From Asterias rubens (Eukaryota): 64,000 bases of DNA. Position 1 is the first letter of the stretch, and every line of letters starts with the position of its first letter. The stretch is taken from contig NC_047076.1 in NCBI RefSeq assembly GCF_902459465.1, positions 1,426,001 through 1,490,000 on the forward strand, in the 5' to 3' direction. The notes under the pieces are model-generated. The model was given only the letters and a program-made list of their open reading frames with translations. It ran no database searches and was not told the origin of the DNA. This document shows, in pieces, positions 25,737-38,186 of the stretch. A program made the position numbers and the translations under genes.

Positions 25737-26216
25737 CTGTAGATATTCCTTAAGTTGTTGCATCTTATACATTCCTTCCCAGTCATCTCCATCTTCTCCC
25801 GCATCTTCAAGATTGTTCACTCCAATCTTCATGCCTTCATCCGGCCCGCTATACATCTTCAGCAATGATAGATACTTGTCATAGTAGAGGTCGTATAACT
25901 TCTGCAGACTCTCCCTTTCTTCGTCCTTCAGAGTCTGGATAAGCTCCAAGTATTTCTCTCGTATCGCGACACCGTACTCGTCAAACTCATCCCCGCCCAG
26001 CCCGTACTGGTTGATGAGTTCATTGTAGACATCGTAGCGTTGTTTGTACTCGTCGACGACGGCTTGGTAAGCTTGGGCGAGTTCGTCGACGTTGGACCAT
26101 ACTTGCTGCTCCTCGTCTGTCATGGAGGGTTTTTGAGGATTACCCGGGGGTCGGGGGTCAGAGTTGAGAGGGATGATGTTGTGTTTGTAGGGATAGAGAA
26201 CATCTTGAAGGGAATC
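25737..26216 (-). CDS. PTPRN: IA-2/PTPRN-like exon 4, acidic Tyr-rich pro-region (DSLQDVLYPY...QLKEYLQ)
   Basis: 480-nt open exon, ccaacag acceptor, CAG|GTAAAA donor, phase 0 to 0; contains track ORF 25689..26123. Confidence 0.88.
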
Positions 26217-26289
26217 CTGTTGGGAAATGAAGAAACAAATTAAAACTTAAACTGTGCGGTACTCGCTGCTGAAATATAGGATTCGAACT

Positions 26290-26410
26290 GCCACAAGCTA
26301 TCGGGCAATCTCGGTGGTCTAGTTGGTAAGACATCTGCTCTTGATTGGCAAAGGTGGAAGGTTCAAATCCCACCGAGTAATATGCCTAAGATTTTCTTTT
26401 TCACAGAACA
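26290..26410 (+). mobile_element. tRNA-derived SINE head
   Basis: CTCGGTGGTCTAGTTGGTAAGAC...GGTTCAAATCCCACCGAG; degenerate anticodon arm. Confidence 0.55.
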
Positions 26411-27120
26411 CAGAAAAAGACATTTCTCTATAACTTTCAAGATGAAAACTCTTCACAAGTTCAAGGCCTTTTGTTCTTGAAGGGGCACGGCATTTTCCCT
26501 CTGGTAAGGGGCACTTCTATTTGGAAAATGTAAATTAATTTTGTACAAAAACCTTTAAAAAGGGCACCACAGCAAAAGCACAGGGCACCACAGCATTTGC
26601 TGTGGGTCATTCCAAGGCCTGAATGTTGTTTGTACTCGTTTTTTATAAAAAGAGATGGTTCTTTCAGCATCTTGACATGTACAAGCTTTACTTTAAATGA
26701 AATAAATAGTTAATGGCCTGATGTTGCGACCCTAGCAGAGTCTTTCTCGAAGGAGAACTGACTCTGTTAGCGTCGCAACGTCTTGCCATTAACTATTTAT
26801 TGCATTTATACCATTGGTCCTTTTGGTTGGTAAGTTGTTTGCAACAGCTAATTTTATTTTATCCTTTACTTTAAATGTTAACAAAAAATAAAAAATTGTG
26901 TAACCAAAATAGATAAAGTGACATTTTCTAAAGTGCAATGAAAAAGGACATTGACAAAATCCTGGGGGCATTAACAATCGATGCAATTTCACACCAAATG
27001 TAGTTAAAGTTGAAGGAACAAACTGATTGGACTGTACTTTCTCACATCAAGTCATTTACTCAGAAGTAATTGTGCGTCGCAAATTGATGTTCATGTTTTA
27101 AAATACGAATGTCACTGAAA

Positions 27121-27396
27121 AGTGCATGCACCTATGGGTGTCAAGTGCATGCACCTATGGGTGTCAAGTGCATGCACATATGGGTGTCAAGTGCATGCAC
27201 CTATGGGTGTCAAGTGCATGCACCTATGGGTGTCAAGTGCATGCACCTATGGGTGTCAAGTGCATGCACATATGGGTGTCAAGTGCATGCACCTATGGGT
27301 GTCAAGTGCATGCACATATGGGTGTCAAGTGCATGCACCTATGGGTGTCAAGTGCATGCACCTATGGGTGTCAAGTGCATGCACCTATGGGTGTCA
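27121..27396. repeat. 23-nt minisatellite AGTGCATGCAC[C/A]TATGGGTGTCA x12
   Basis: 12 units with a single variable position. Confidence 0.97.
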
Positions 27397-27901
27397 AGTA
27401 CATTTGGGGTCATGTATAAACAACCTGAACGTCTTGAATTTCATCTTTGAAGGGCCATTATCATTTTTCGAAGGGCACTTCCATTAGAAATTCTTAAAGT
27501 CTATGCACCAAGGCCAAGACCGAGGCAACAGAGGGCATGGCCTCCGTGCCCTCTGAGTAAATAGTATAATTCAGCTTTAAAAAATTCTGGAAAATCTACC
27601 AAAATACATCCAGTGTTTTTTTTTATTTGCCGATCCTTTATGCAAAATATTACCTTGATATTACAATTTGGAACTGATGTTTTCATCAGTCGAAAATTCA
27701 TCAGTCGAAAATATTATTGTTTGCTACAGAAAGATTCTGGTATGGCTGCAGCAAATTGGCATGCACCACATCACTATGTACGTGCGTCTCATACTGTCAT
27801 ATTCAAAAACAGTAGCTCTGTATACCTGTAGTAAACTACATGTAATGTTGGTGAAAACAACCGGACATTGACGTAGAGTTTTGCTGATCTTTGAATCCTC
27901 T

Positions 27902-28386
27902 ATAGACCCCTTGCAATAGGCGCAACGAACTCACATGTGCCTATTGGCTATTGACCCATTTCACCTGACATCATCAGCAGAAAAATCTTGAATGCGCCAT
28001 ACTGGTGGGCAATTTCACTGTGCGGTTTTATATATATAACTCTATGCTGCGTGTTATGCAGTAAAGTGTGCATTTTAGGCGACGCAGCGTTAATACACAT
28101 AAGCCTAACTGCCCACCAACATGGTGAGCGTGGCATTGGTTGCCGCGTGTGATGCGCATGCAAGGGGTCAATACAAACATGCACAAACGAGAGTTTGACA
28201 CCCAAAATTATGTGCATTGTTCGGAAGCGCGTTCTGTATTGTGTAAGAAATCAATAGCTCCCCCTTGCATAACGCGAAACACTACAGGTACACTGAGGTC
28301 ACGCGCACATTTTTACGCACAGAGAACAGCTATTGTCCAATGATCTGCCTCCTTTTTGAGAGTGTGACGTAATATGCATTGGGTCT
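27902..28386. mobile_element. Probable MITE with TAGACCC...GGGTCTA ends
   Basis: Short inverted termini, CpG-rich interior. Confidence 0.45.
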
Positions 28387-28587
28387 AAACAGATGTTGTA
28401 ATAAGTAAATAAATAAATAAACAGTTGAGACATCATGTTAAGTGCAGTTCATAGTGTATTATAATATTATTGTCATATCATTCATGTCATTACACGCATG
28501 ACCAGAAGTGTGTGTATTATGTCTCTGATACATCATGTACTTAAAGGAGGCAACGCAGGCAATGCCTACGTTGCCCCCGTCTCAAAG

Positions 28588-29277
28588 TCTAGGTGCCCCT
28601 TGAAGTGTTCTAATAAAAAAAATTAATTTTCTCTTATATGTAGAGGTGCCCGTTACCAAGGAGAAAATGCCTTGTTGCCCTTGCCCCTTCAAAAACAAAG
28701 AATCGCCCTTGCTCTTCTATCTTCGTGCATGTAGAATCGTGCATGTAGAATCGCCCTTGCTCTTCTATCTTCGTGCATGTATTGCCCCTGGTCAATAACT
28801 GCATTGTCTAGGTGCCCCTTGAAGTGTTCTAATAGAAATTTACAGTTTCCTCAGAGAGGTGCCCTTTACCAAGGAGAAAATGCCTTGTTGCCCTTGCCCC
28901 TTCAAAAACAAAGAATCGCCCTTGCTCTTCTATCTTCGTGCATGTATTGCCCCTGGTCAATAACTGCATTGTCTAGGTGCCCCTTGAAGTGTTCTAATAG
29001 AAATTTACAGTTTCCTCAGAGAGGTGCCCTTTACCAAGGAGAAAATGCCTTGTTGCCCTTGCCCCTTCAAAAACAAAGAATCGCCCTTGCTCTTCAACCT
29101 TCGTACATGTATTGCCCCTGGTCAATAACTGCATTGTCTAGGTGCCCCTTGAAGTGTTCTAATAGAAATTTACAATTTCCCCAGAGAGGTGCCCTTTACC
29201 AAGGAGAAAATGCCTTGTTGCCCTTGCCCCTTCAAAAACAAAGAATCGCCCTTGCTCTTCAACCTTCGTACATGTAT
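28588..29277. repeat. 165-nt tandem repeat, about 4 copies
   Basis: Unit starts at 28807, 28972, 29137, plus a diverged first copy at 28588. Confidence 0.95.
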
Positions 29278-30494
29278 TATACATGTATTGTAACATACTA
29301 AGTTTAACGGACTTGCAGTAAATAATGTAGTTTGTACTATGAGCGTGCATAATTTAAAGTCACTTTGATAAATTCTCCTTTTTTATGGGTAGTACTAATG
29401 ATTCAACCGAATCCCTAACAATCATAGTGTTAGCCAGAGGGTGTCTGGGTGTCTTTTGGACAATCTGTTTTAAATTTGGACACCGTGTTTTCAGCTTCCA
29501 GCAATTTTTTTCATCTACCAGCAAATTTCAGCTTTTTCAGCTTCCAGCAAATTTTGACATCATTTTACCAAATCCTGACAAAAAGAATAACCCAACTCTC
29601 TCAGCACAATCAAAATGGAGACTTTCCACAGAATTAAAATCCGAAAAACAATCCGAAACTAACCGATGATCCAGTAAGACAACAATAACAATGCAACTCA
29701 TCATATATGCAAATATTTCCCACTACAGTCAAAAATTAATTCCAAATGAGAGTATAAATAACACCCAAGCAGCAGTTGGTTACTTCCATGACTTCATCAC
29801 AAAGAAAATCATCCCGTCATCATCTCAGACAACCAATGAAGACTACTCCCACGGGGTCTAATGCCTACATGACGTAAATCTACCATGAAAGAAGGAGAAA
29901 ATAAGGTTGCCGTGGGCAACCTGAGGCAAATCACGTAGGAGCGATGGAGCTCTGTTAATCTAGAGGTAGCCGAGTGAAAAACGTGGAGGTGCTGTGGTAA
30001 ACAGCTGTTTGGCATTATAATGGCATTTTGTTCCATCGTAAACTGCAAAATTATTTCACAATATTTGAAATCCATGCTTGTAATTTTCCTTTCTGCTTTA
30101 TTTTCAGTATGATCAACATATAGTATGCCTTCAAAATAATTTATCATAGCCTTTGGAATATACATGTTCCATGCTTTCCAAAAACAACTTAGTCATTTGG
30201 TACAAAGGAACATTTTAAGTTTTTGAAACTCGGCCTTGTTTGCTTATGAAGCTGCAGTCTCTTTCAACTCCTGATGAACAGTGAATTAAAACATTTCTTC
30301 AATTGTCATTATTACTTCCTTCAAGATATTTACCATTAATCGACTGTTTGTTTTTCTTTCCTGAAGTAGTGTCAATAGACATTTTCATTGCAACGTCACA
30401 GCCCAAGTGTTTACCTTGCCTAAAGAGAAAGAGGTTACTCCTCACTAAAATATTAAAAGGCTTCATCTCTGAAGTCTTTTCATATTTTTGTAGG

Positions 30495-30708
30495 CAGATT
30501 AAAGCACACAACATTTGTGCAACAAGGGTGTTTCTTCTTTCATTATTCTCTTACAACTTCAATGACCAATTGAGTCCAAAGTTTCACAGATTTGTTATTG
30601 TGCATATATGTTGGGATACACCAAGTATGAGAATACTGGTCTTAGCTTCCACATGGCGCTCGACTTGAAGATGGTCTTTGACAATTACCAAAGGTGTCCG
30701 GTGCCTCA
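30495..30708. mobile_element. Truncated Kolobok-like family A copy
   Basis: AAAGCACACAAC...TTGACAATTACCAAAGGTGTCCGGTGCC half element. Confidence 0.7.
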
Positions 30709-30789
30709 AAGCATCAGGGGATATTGTTAATCACTCAATATGCAGAATACTTTTAAATGAGGTAATCCGATGATCATTTTGATACCAAC

Positions 30790-30932
30790 CTGAGCATATT
30801 GGTCCTCCCAAGCAAAGCCCTGATCCAGTAGATACTGCACCGTAGCTTTGAGTCTCTTCAAACCAGTAGGATCCAGAGCGTAAGATGGCAAGTAGTTGGC
30901 TACACGCTGAGTGCATGTCCCAAATAACTTAT
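30790..30932 (-). CDS. PTPRN: IA-2/PTPRN-like exon 3, RESP18-homology region (DKLFGTCTQRVANYLPSYALDPTGLKRLKATVQYLLDQGFAWEDQYAQ)
   Basis: aaacag acceptor, CAG|GTTGGT donor, phase 1 to 0; D.LFG.C and L.RL...L...G..W.D..Q motifs characteristic of IA-2/phogrin. Confidence 0.92.
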
Positions 30933-30964
30933 CTGTTTACAACGAGAAATGACAGTATTCTAAG

Positions 30965-30996
<32 letters not shown>

Positions 30997-32164
30997 GTGG
31001 CTTCTTTTATAGTGCGCATCCATCACTCAGTGACCATCAAGGCACTTCAACATTCAGTATTTTCCTGAAATGTTTGTGGGACTTCATTTGAATTATGAGA
31101 CCTACTCTGTTTACATACACTGTAGCACCATGCAATGTTTTACAAAATGCTGTGGCGCAATATGTTGCCGATCAGACAAGGAACACAGGGGCAGACCTCT
31201 TCTCTTCATGATAAGTGCACTGTTTTTGTTTTACGTGCGTTACAAAACACACATTCTACTGTACGCATGTATACTCCATTATTAAATCAATAAGATATGC
31301 CAGGGCTTGAACTTAACACTGGACATTGCTGGACCACAGGCCCGAAGCCCCTGGCCAGTAAACTCTAGACTGGACAAGCCCAATTGGTTTTTCAAGCTTG
31401 AATAAAATTACTCCACTGTGTTATATCTTTTTACAGAAAGAAGTAATGTTCAAATGTTGAATTGAGTTGAGTCTTGTGATAATCTTTCAATTCTAGAATA
31501 TCAAAAGTATTATACGTCATTATAGTAAGTGCTTTTAAAATGTAAAACTGTGCAGTTCTTTCTCACATAGATTTTTGTCTCGGAAAAATCTATTCTGGTC
31601 CGAAAACAATTTTGAGCTAGAAGCCCTGCTGCATAGTGGAAACTGACACCAAATTTGAGTCCTGTATGCCACGACTTCTCTTAGCAAAATGTCCTTTCTT
31701 ATCAACCCCAACCCTCTCCCATTTTCTTTATCTGTCATATATCCCTCTTCTGTTTGACCCTGCGACCTTTATCCGCCGTGCCCTTTCCCCATTCGACTAA
31801 AAGATACGGCCATCGCTCGTTCTCACATTCTTAATTGACACTATTGGAAAATTTTTACAAACTTCATCAAAACTACTCCAAACAAAATTATTTTCAAGTC
31901 TATGCTTAAAACATACCTCCTTCATTAATTTATTAGTTATTCTTTTGAAAGTGGTACGAGCATTTATGTGAGGCGCTTGCCTTTATCAGTATGGTTTATT
32001 ACTATTTTTTTTATTTGTGCTCATCCGTTCAGTCCTTTTATACCTGCTTATTCTCACCAAAAAGTAGGCCCACGTTTTTCCCTTCCCTTTGGCCCGACCC
32101 TTTTTCTCGCCTTCAAGCTAAACGTTCGGTCTTTTGAGAAATAAAAGAGGCAAATCCTACAAAC

Positions 32165-32212
32165 CTTCCGCACACACTTCATCTTGGTCGCATACTGGAC
32201 TGAAGCGACATC
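32165..32212 (-). CDS. PTPRN: IA-2/PTPRN-like exon 2 (GCRFSPVCDQDEVCAE-D)
   Basis: Polypyrimidine tract + CAG acceptor, G|GTTTGT donor, 48 nt phase 1 to 1; GC..C..EVC spacing of the IA-2 N-terminal Cys region. Confidence 0.9.
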
Positions 32213-32499
32213 CTGCAAAGAGGAAAAGGATCACAGAATAATTACTTACTGCATGTTCATCCAGTCATCGTAAATTAACACATTATGCCCCGACGATTTT
32301 AGCGACTTTGAAATTCAACAATTGGATAAAAGAGCCCATCACCAAAATGTGTTAGACACAATTACAAATGAACTGGGACTCTTAAAAAAAATTGTGTCAC
32401 AATTGATTCTGTATTGTTAATGGAGACAACCCCCACCCCCTTCAATAGCCTACACACCATCTTCCTCTTGTATAATGTAGAAATATCCACTAATATCAA

Positions 32500-33790
32500 A
32501 GCACAAAATGAAGACACAACGAGAGAGGACGGGGGGGGGGGGGGGGGGGGGAACATATCAAACATCACATGGAGTGAATAGCATTTCAATAAATCTATTA
32601 TTTTTCCAACTCACAAAAGATTCCTTTTGGCCTTCTATTTCTATTTAGTTTGACAACGAAGATGTGTAAGATGGCTCTCTCTCAATGACATTGGTGTGAC
32701 GACACAATTCAGAAGGAGAGGGTACCATATCAAGCACAAAATGGAGTGAACGACGCATCAATAAATCTTTATATTACTACCTCACAAAAGATTCCTTTTG
32801 CCCAGCTACATTAAATTCTATTCTGTTTGACAACGCTAACTTAAAGACAGTGGACACTATTGGTAATTGTCAAAGCCTAGTCTTCAAGGCGTATCTTGGT
32901 GTATCTCAACATATGCATAAAATAACAAACCTGTGAAAATTTGAGCTCAATCGGTCGTCGAATTTGCGAGATAAAAATGAAAGAAAAAAACACCCTTGTC
33001 AAACCAAGTTGTGTGCTTTCTGATGCTTGATTTCGAGACCTCAAATTCTAAACTTGAGGTCTCGAAATCAAATTCGTGGAAAATTACTTCTTTCTCAAGA
33101 ACTACGTCACTTCAGAGGGAGCTGTTTCTCACAATGTTTTATACCATCAACCTCTCCCCATTAATCGTCATCAAGACAGGTTTTATGATGATAATTATTT
33201 TGAGTGACTACCAATAGTGTCCACTGCCTTTAACAAGTATGAGGATGGCTCTCTCTCTCTCTCTCTCTCTCAATGAAGACACAGTTCAGAAGGGGTGGGG
33301 GTTTCATATCAAGCACAGAATGGAATGAACGACACATCAATAACTCTTTATATTTCTGCTTCACAAAAATTGATTCCTTTTTCCATTCTAAATTCTATTC
33401 TGTTTGACAACCCTGAATAATGATGGCTCTCTCTCCCTGAAGACGCAATTCAAAAATGGAGGGGGTACCATATCAAACAACAAATGGAGTGGAACAGCAT
33501 CAATACATCTTTATATTTCACAAAATGGATTCCTTTGGCCCTGCTAAATGTTTGACAGTCGCTGATTTGGCTTGATAACTAGTCCTGACTTTCTCTCATT
33601 ATACTCAATGAAGAAACAATTCGGAGAGAGGGGGGAATACCATATGGAGTACAGATTGGAGTGAACAGAATATCAATTTCTTTATATTTCTGCTTCACAA
33701 AAAACGGATTCCTTTGGCCCTGCGAAATTCTTTTCCAATTGACAACGCTAACTTAACGAGTATGAAGACGAGGACAGCTCTCTCTCTCTC
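32500..33790. repeat. Degenerate tandem repeat, unit about 170-190 nt, about 5 copies, interrupted by a MITE
   Basis: Recurrent CAATGAAGACACAATTC...CATATCAA...GGAGTG...GATTCCTTT...TTTGACAAC. Confidence 0.8.
32841..33233. mobile_element. Kolobok-like MITE, family A, inserted in a tandem array
   Basis: TTAA on both sides; empty paralogous site at 33740-33770. Confidence 0.92.
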
Positions 33791-34561
33791 TCTATCCAGA
33801 ACCCTCGTATGTGTACGAGATAATTGCTAATAAATTGCGACGTTTCTCAATTAGTCTAGAATCAAATGGTCATGCCTTCAATTAGTCTGCGTTGAGTCTC
33901 AATGTCATCTGTACCACCTACTGGCCATTTATAATCAGTGCTTCTATTTACATCGTTAAGGCAGTGGTTTCCTTTCGTTTACAGAGTACATGAATGGTGA
34001 TGGCAAAGGCTGCCAACATTTGCATCTTGCAATCAGGGAGTTGTTGTACATGGTACAACAATCAAGGAGATACTTAGAATTATGTTTAAAATTAGGGGGG
34101 AACAAATTTCATTTACAGGGAGTTGATCAGAACATGGAAAGATTAGGGTTTTTTTCAGGGAACTTTCTGCAGAATCAGGGAGAATTGACAGCTTCAGAAT
34201 GACCTAAAACAATCAGGACAAATTCCATTAAACAGGGAGTTGATTTTTTTTTTTCAGGGAACTTTCTGCAGAATCAGGGAGGGTTGGGCTTGAGATGTCA
34301 TAATACATGTATCTGTATCAGGAGATCTTTATTATTACATTCAACATAAATTTAAGAGGGAAACAAGTTTCATGTAAATCTTCATCGTCAAACAGAGTAG
34401 AATTTAGCAGGTCAAAATTAATCAATGTGTAGCAGAAATGTCAAGATCTATTAGCATTATAATGGAGGGTTGGAAAAAAAACTTTCCAAACAAAATGACG
34501 AACAATGTTGTACGGTATGTAGGTATTTCAAACGTTCAAAGTCTGTTTCAAGGCAGTCAAC

Positions 34562-34912
34562 ACGTTTATTAATTGTCAAAGACCAGTCTTCTCACTTGGT
34601 GTATTTCAACATAACAACCCTGTGGAAATTTGAGCTCAATTGGTCATCGAAGTTGCGAGAAAATGATGACAGAAAAAACACCCTTGTGGACGAATTTGTG
34701 TGCTTTCAGATAGAAATAAAAGACTAGAATGGAAGTCTTTTATTTATTTTGGTGAGAAATTACCTCTTTCTCAAAATCTATGCTACTTCAGACGGAGCCG
34801 TTGTTTCTCACAATGTTTTATACAACCAACAGCTCTCCAATGCTCGTTAGTAAGTCAGTTTTTAAGTTAATATTTGTTTTGAGTAATTACCAAACGTGTA
34901 CCTTCCCTTTAA
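34562..34912. mobile_element. Kolobok-like family A sub-variant, left end eroded
   Basis: Closely similar to 18738-19117; ends GTGTACCTTCCCT|TTAA. Confidence 0.75.
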
Positions 34913-37131
34913 ATGTACAGGTATTTGTCACAATGTACATCAAAGAAAATAAAATAGAAAGTACAACCACATTAACAAGCTTGTACTCTAAAAGAATATA
35001 TTAATTTAGGAATTAATTGGATTGAACATGGTATAAGCTTACATGTAGTAGTAAATTTAAGTGCCCAGTACAACAATACAATGAACAATTTAATTTAATT
35101 TTACACTCTCAACCATGTCAATGATGGCCATTTAATCGGCTGCCATAGCAACTTGCATATCAATGTAAATATATTATCAATAAAGTTGTGATGTGGGGTT
35201 CCAATTTGTGGAAATTTTCTGTCGTTACCTATGTATAAAGCGTATCGCAGTACCGGTACAGTGCGCAGTGGTCATATCTTGTTTAAGTACATACGTATCA
35301 TATAGACATTTTGATAGGGCCCCCACAAAAAAATTGGAGCGCTTTACAAATGCTAACATAAATAAAGTTACAAACAAACAATGCATTGATACAGGATTTA
35401 CAGAAACTATACTAAGCAAAATTATATGATTTTGAATCTATTTTTGTAGAGCTGTTCGTGCTTCTCATCATATTGTAATCTTTCGAGGTTTGTGCTTTAT
35501 ATCTTTGAAAAATTCCCCTTGACTTACAACACATTTAAATTAAGCGTTGGTACCCTTACACCAATATGTGAGAAGCGCTGCATTTGTACTCTGTGCTTTC
35601 TGAGACTTTCTGAGAAATTTTAATGTCCCTTGTGTATAAATATTCTCCTCTGCTTTTTAAATTATTTATATAAAAAGTGTAAATCTGTATTATAATTCAG
35701 TCTTTGGGCTGCGACAAGCAGATGTTTTTTAATAATAAACCAGTAATAATAATAAATTTCATCATTGTCCGCATTTTCTATTACTCTATTATAAATTGTT
35801 TGAACAAAATCTAATCGTTTGTTTATCTAGCATTATTTAACGATTTGTACCATTTCTTCTTGTTTGTTCTTCATTTGTAACAGAACCTCTTCTTCACAAT
35901 GAAGCATCCAGGTACAAATGATGTTCCGTCTTTTACTCTCTCCGAGTACAAAACAGGAAAACTACGATCGTGTTTCCTGTCGCCACAAGCCTTTTGTATT
36001 GAACATTCCACCTAACATTTAGTAAAGAATAGCCCTGCAAAGATTCTCACAAGAACCATCGAGCAAGCCTCACGATGAATCCACTAGGACGGACGCCCAC
36101 ATTAACCAACGCCTACACAAACTACCTACATGTATGATGTAGTGTTGATTCTATAGTGTTTTGCCTCGCAACGTTAGAAGGTCATTTATTATACTGGACA
36201 ACACTTCTAGTACATGTATGTGTACATGTACGTCTAATGCCGTCACAATGAAGAAATTTCATCCTCGACGGATTTCTGTAAATTGTTTGCGTCAATTTAT
36301 AGTTTACTGATCCAAGTGAGATGAAATTAAATTTCTTACATTAGCGCCTCGTTAAGATGAGTTTAGAGGTAAAGATGTATTTGATTATAATTTTATCAAG
36401 TTTTGTTGCCAGGTAACCAGGCTAGAGAATATTATAATTCAATAGAATCATAAAGTAACTTTTGGTTGAATGAAACAAAATTGACTACTGAGGAATTTGA
36501 AACCATGACCTCAGCCACAAATCGGCGCTCTCCCAATTGAGCCATCTAGCCCTAATGTTGGTGACCCCCCCCCCCCCCCTAAATTGTCAAATATCTTTAT
36601 GGGGAAACATCTGATAAAAATGAAATTCAAAGGTTCTCATGATCACAATTTGTTTTAATTTCAAACCACAGAATTGATCAAGGTGTTTGTACAAGAATGA
36701 AGAATTAAGTAAAGTGAAAGAAAAATATTTGTGGTCAAAGAAGTCTTAAAAAAGGACCATGATTTCATTGTTTTTTAATTTATTCATTTTTCTGTTCTTA
36801 TTTTGTATTTTGTGTTTTAAATCTAATTTTATCTGGTAATTTGTTCAGATGTTTGGTAATTGGAGCGGTTAATGAATAGAATACTCAGTCATCCCTGCAT
36901 CAGTATTCATTTGGCCTTCAATCCAATTCATAATAAATTTGAAATTTGTCCTTCTGCCATTTGATCGATTTGACTCCAAAAGCCCTGTCAGTAAAAATGT
37001 GCATAATTTCTCGCAGTCCGCATCTGACAGTCCACCATCACTTCAGATAGCCTGTCATAATGTCCTGCATGAAACGATAAGATAATTTACAATGCCTGTT
37101 GTCCATAGTGCTGGAATGATTCCGAGATACA

Positions 37132-37533
37132 ATGTACAGTAAGCTTGGGCGATATCACGATACTATCGAATATCGCGATATTAATTTGGAAACGATTTCG
37201 ATATCGGATGGATTTGGTTTTAATCGAAATATCGATATATCGTGATATCGCAATAATCGCGATAATCGTGATATATCGCAATATCGATTAAATATCGCGA
37301 TGTATTTGCTAGCTGAGACATCTTGCACCTCATAGGTTTGGAGTAAAAGCAGAAGAATAGGTCATTAGAACACCTCTCTTAAGCTATGACTGTCTCTTCT
37401 ACAACTTTCACTTGGAGTTTAAAGACTGATGATGTCAAATTTCATTAATCGCGATTATATCGAATATCGCGATATATTGTCGGCGATATATCGTGAATAA
37501 AATAAATCGATATCGCCCAAGCTTAATGTACAG
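37132..37533. mobile_element. hAT-type MITE with 8-bp TSD ATGTACAG
   Basis: TIR TAAGCTTGGGCGATAT at 37140 and its complement ending 37525; identical 8-bp flanks at 37132-37139 and 37526-37533. Confidence 0.9.
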
Positions 37534-37873
37534 TGTATCAGGCGCACAAACATGTACACTGAGACAATAATGACTAAAATGTTAATGAGTTCCTGTTGCA
37601 TGACCAGGCCTTGTAGTACATTGTAACCCTCGGCACCCACAACAATTGCCGTTGTGCCCTTTGCTTTTGCTGCGGTGCCCTTTGATTTTCACTCATTCAA
37701 ATCAATGTAACCAAACTGAGGCTGGAGGGAAATAATAGTCAGGTTCCTTTGTGTACAATAAATATTAGCATCCATTACTGTTATTGGATACAGGGAACAT
37801 GACCAATATTGTGACATCATTGGTCTATAGGAATCATAACAAGCATGACAGCAGCATAACAGTCTAATTGGTT

Positions 37874-38186
37874 TTAAGGAACATTACAGAATTTGTAAGA
37901 AAAACTTGTCTAAGATCACAGATTTACATAAAACTTACACGGTCTAATGATTATGATAGTAGAAAACATCCCTTGAAATATTTCTGTCTGAAATGTCATA
38001 TTTGATGAGAAATAAATAAAACTAATTTCCCATTTATTTTTCTTTGAATCGATGTCATGTCATTTCACTTCACTATTTTCTCGTGACCCATGGCCGATCA
38101 ATCTCAAACTTCTACAGGTTTTTCAGTTTCCTGCCAGCAATTGTTTCGTTAGCAAAAAACAATTTGTAACTGTAATGTTCTTTTAA
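37874..38186. mobile_element. Kolobok-like MITE, family B
   Basis: TTAA|GGAACATTACAG...CTGTAATGTTCT|TTAA. Confidence 0.75.

Noticed and set aside
26290-26410. tRNA genes at this and other A/B-box sites
   Set aside because: Cloverleafs are broken and each continues into a repeated body, so they are SINE heads.
27109-27487. CRISPR-like appearance of the 21-nt and 23-nt arrays, and their ORFs
   Set aside because: Units are head-to-tail with no unique spacers, no cas genes, eukaryotic context.
32213-32249. GTAAGT donor 37 nt upstream of the IA-2 exon 2 acceptor
   Set aside because: Intron would be too short and the upstream ATGs are out of frame; the exon at 44841-44919 fits phase and function.
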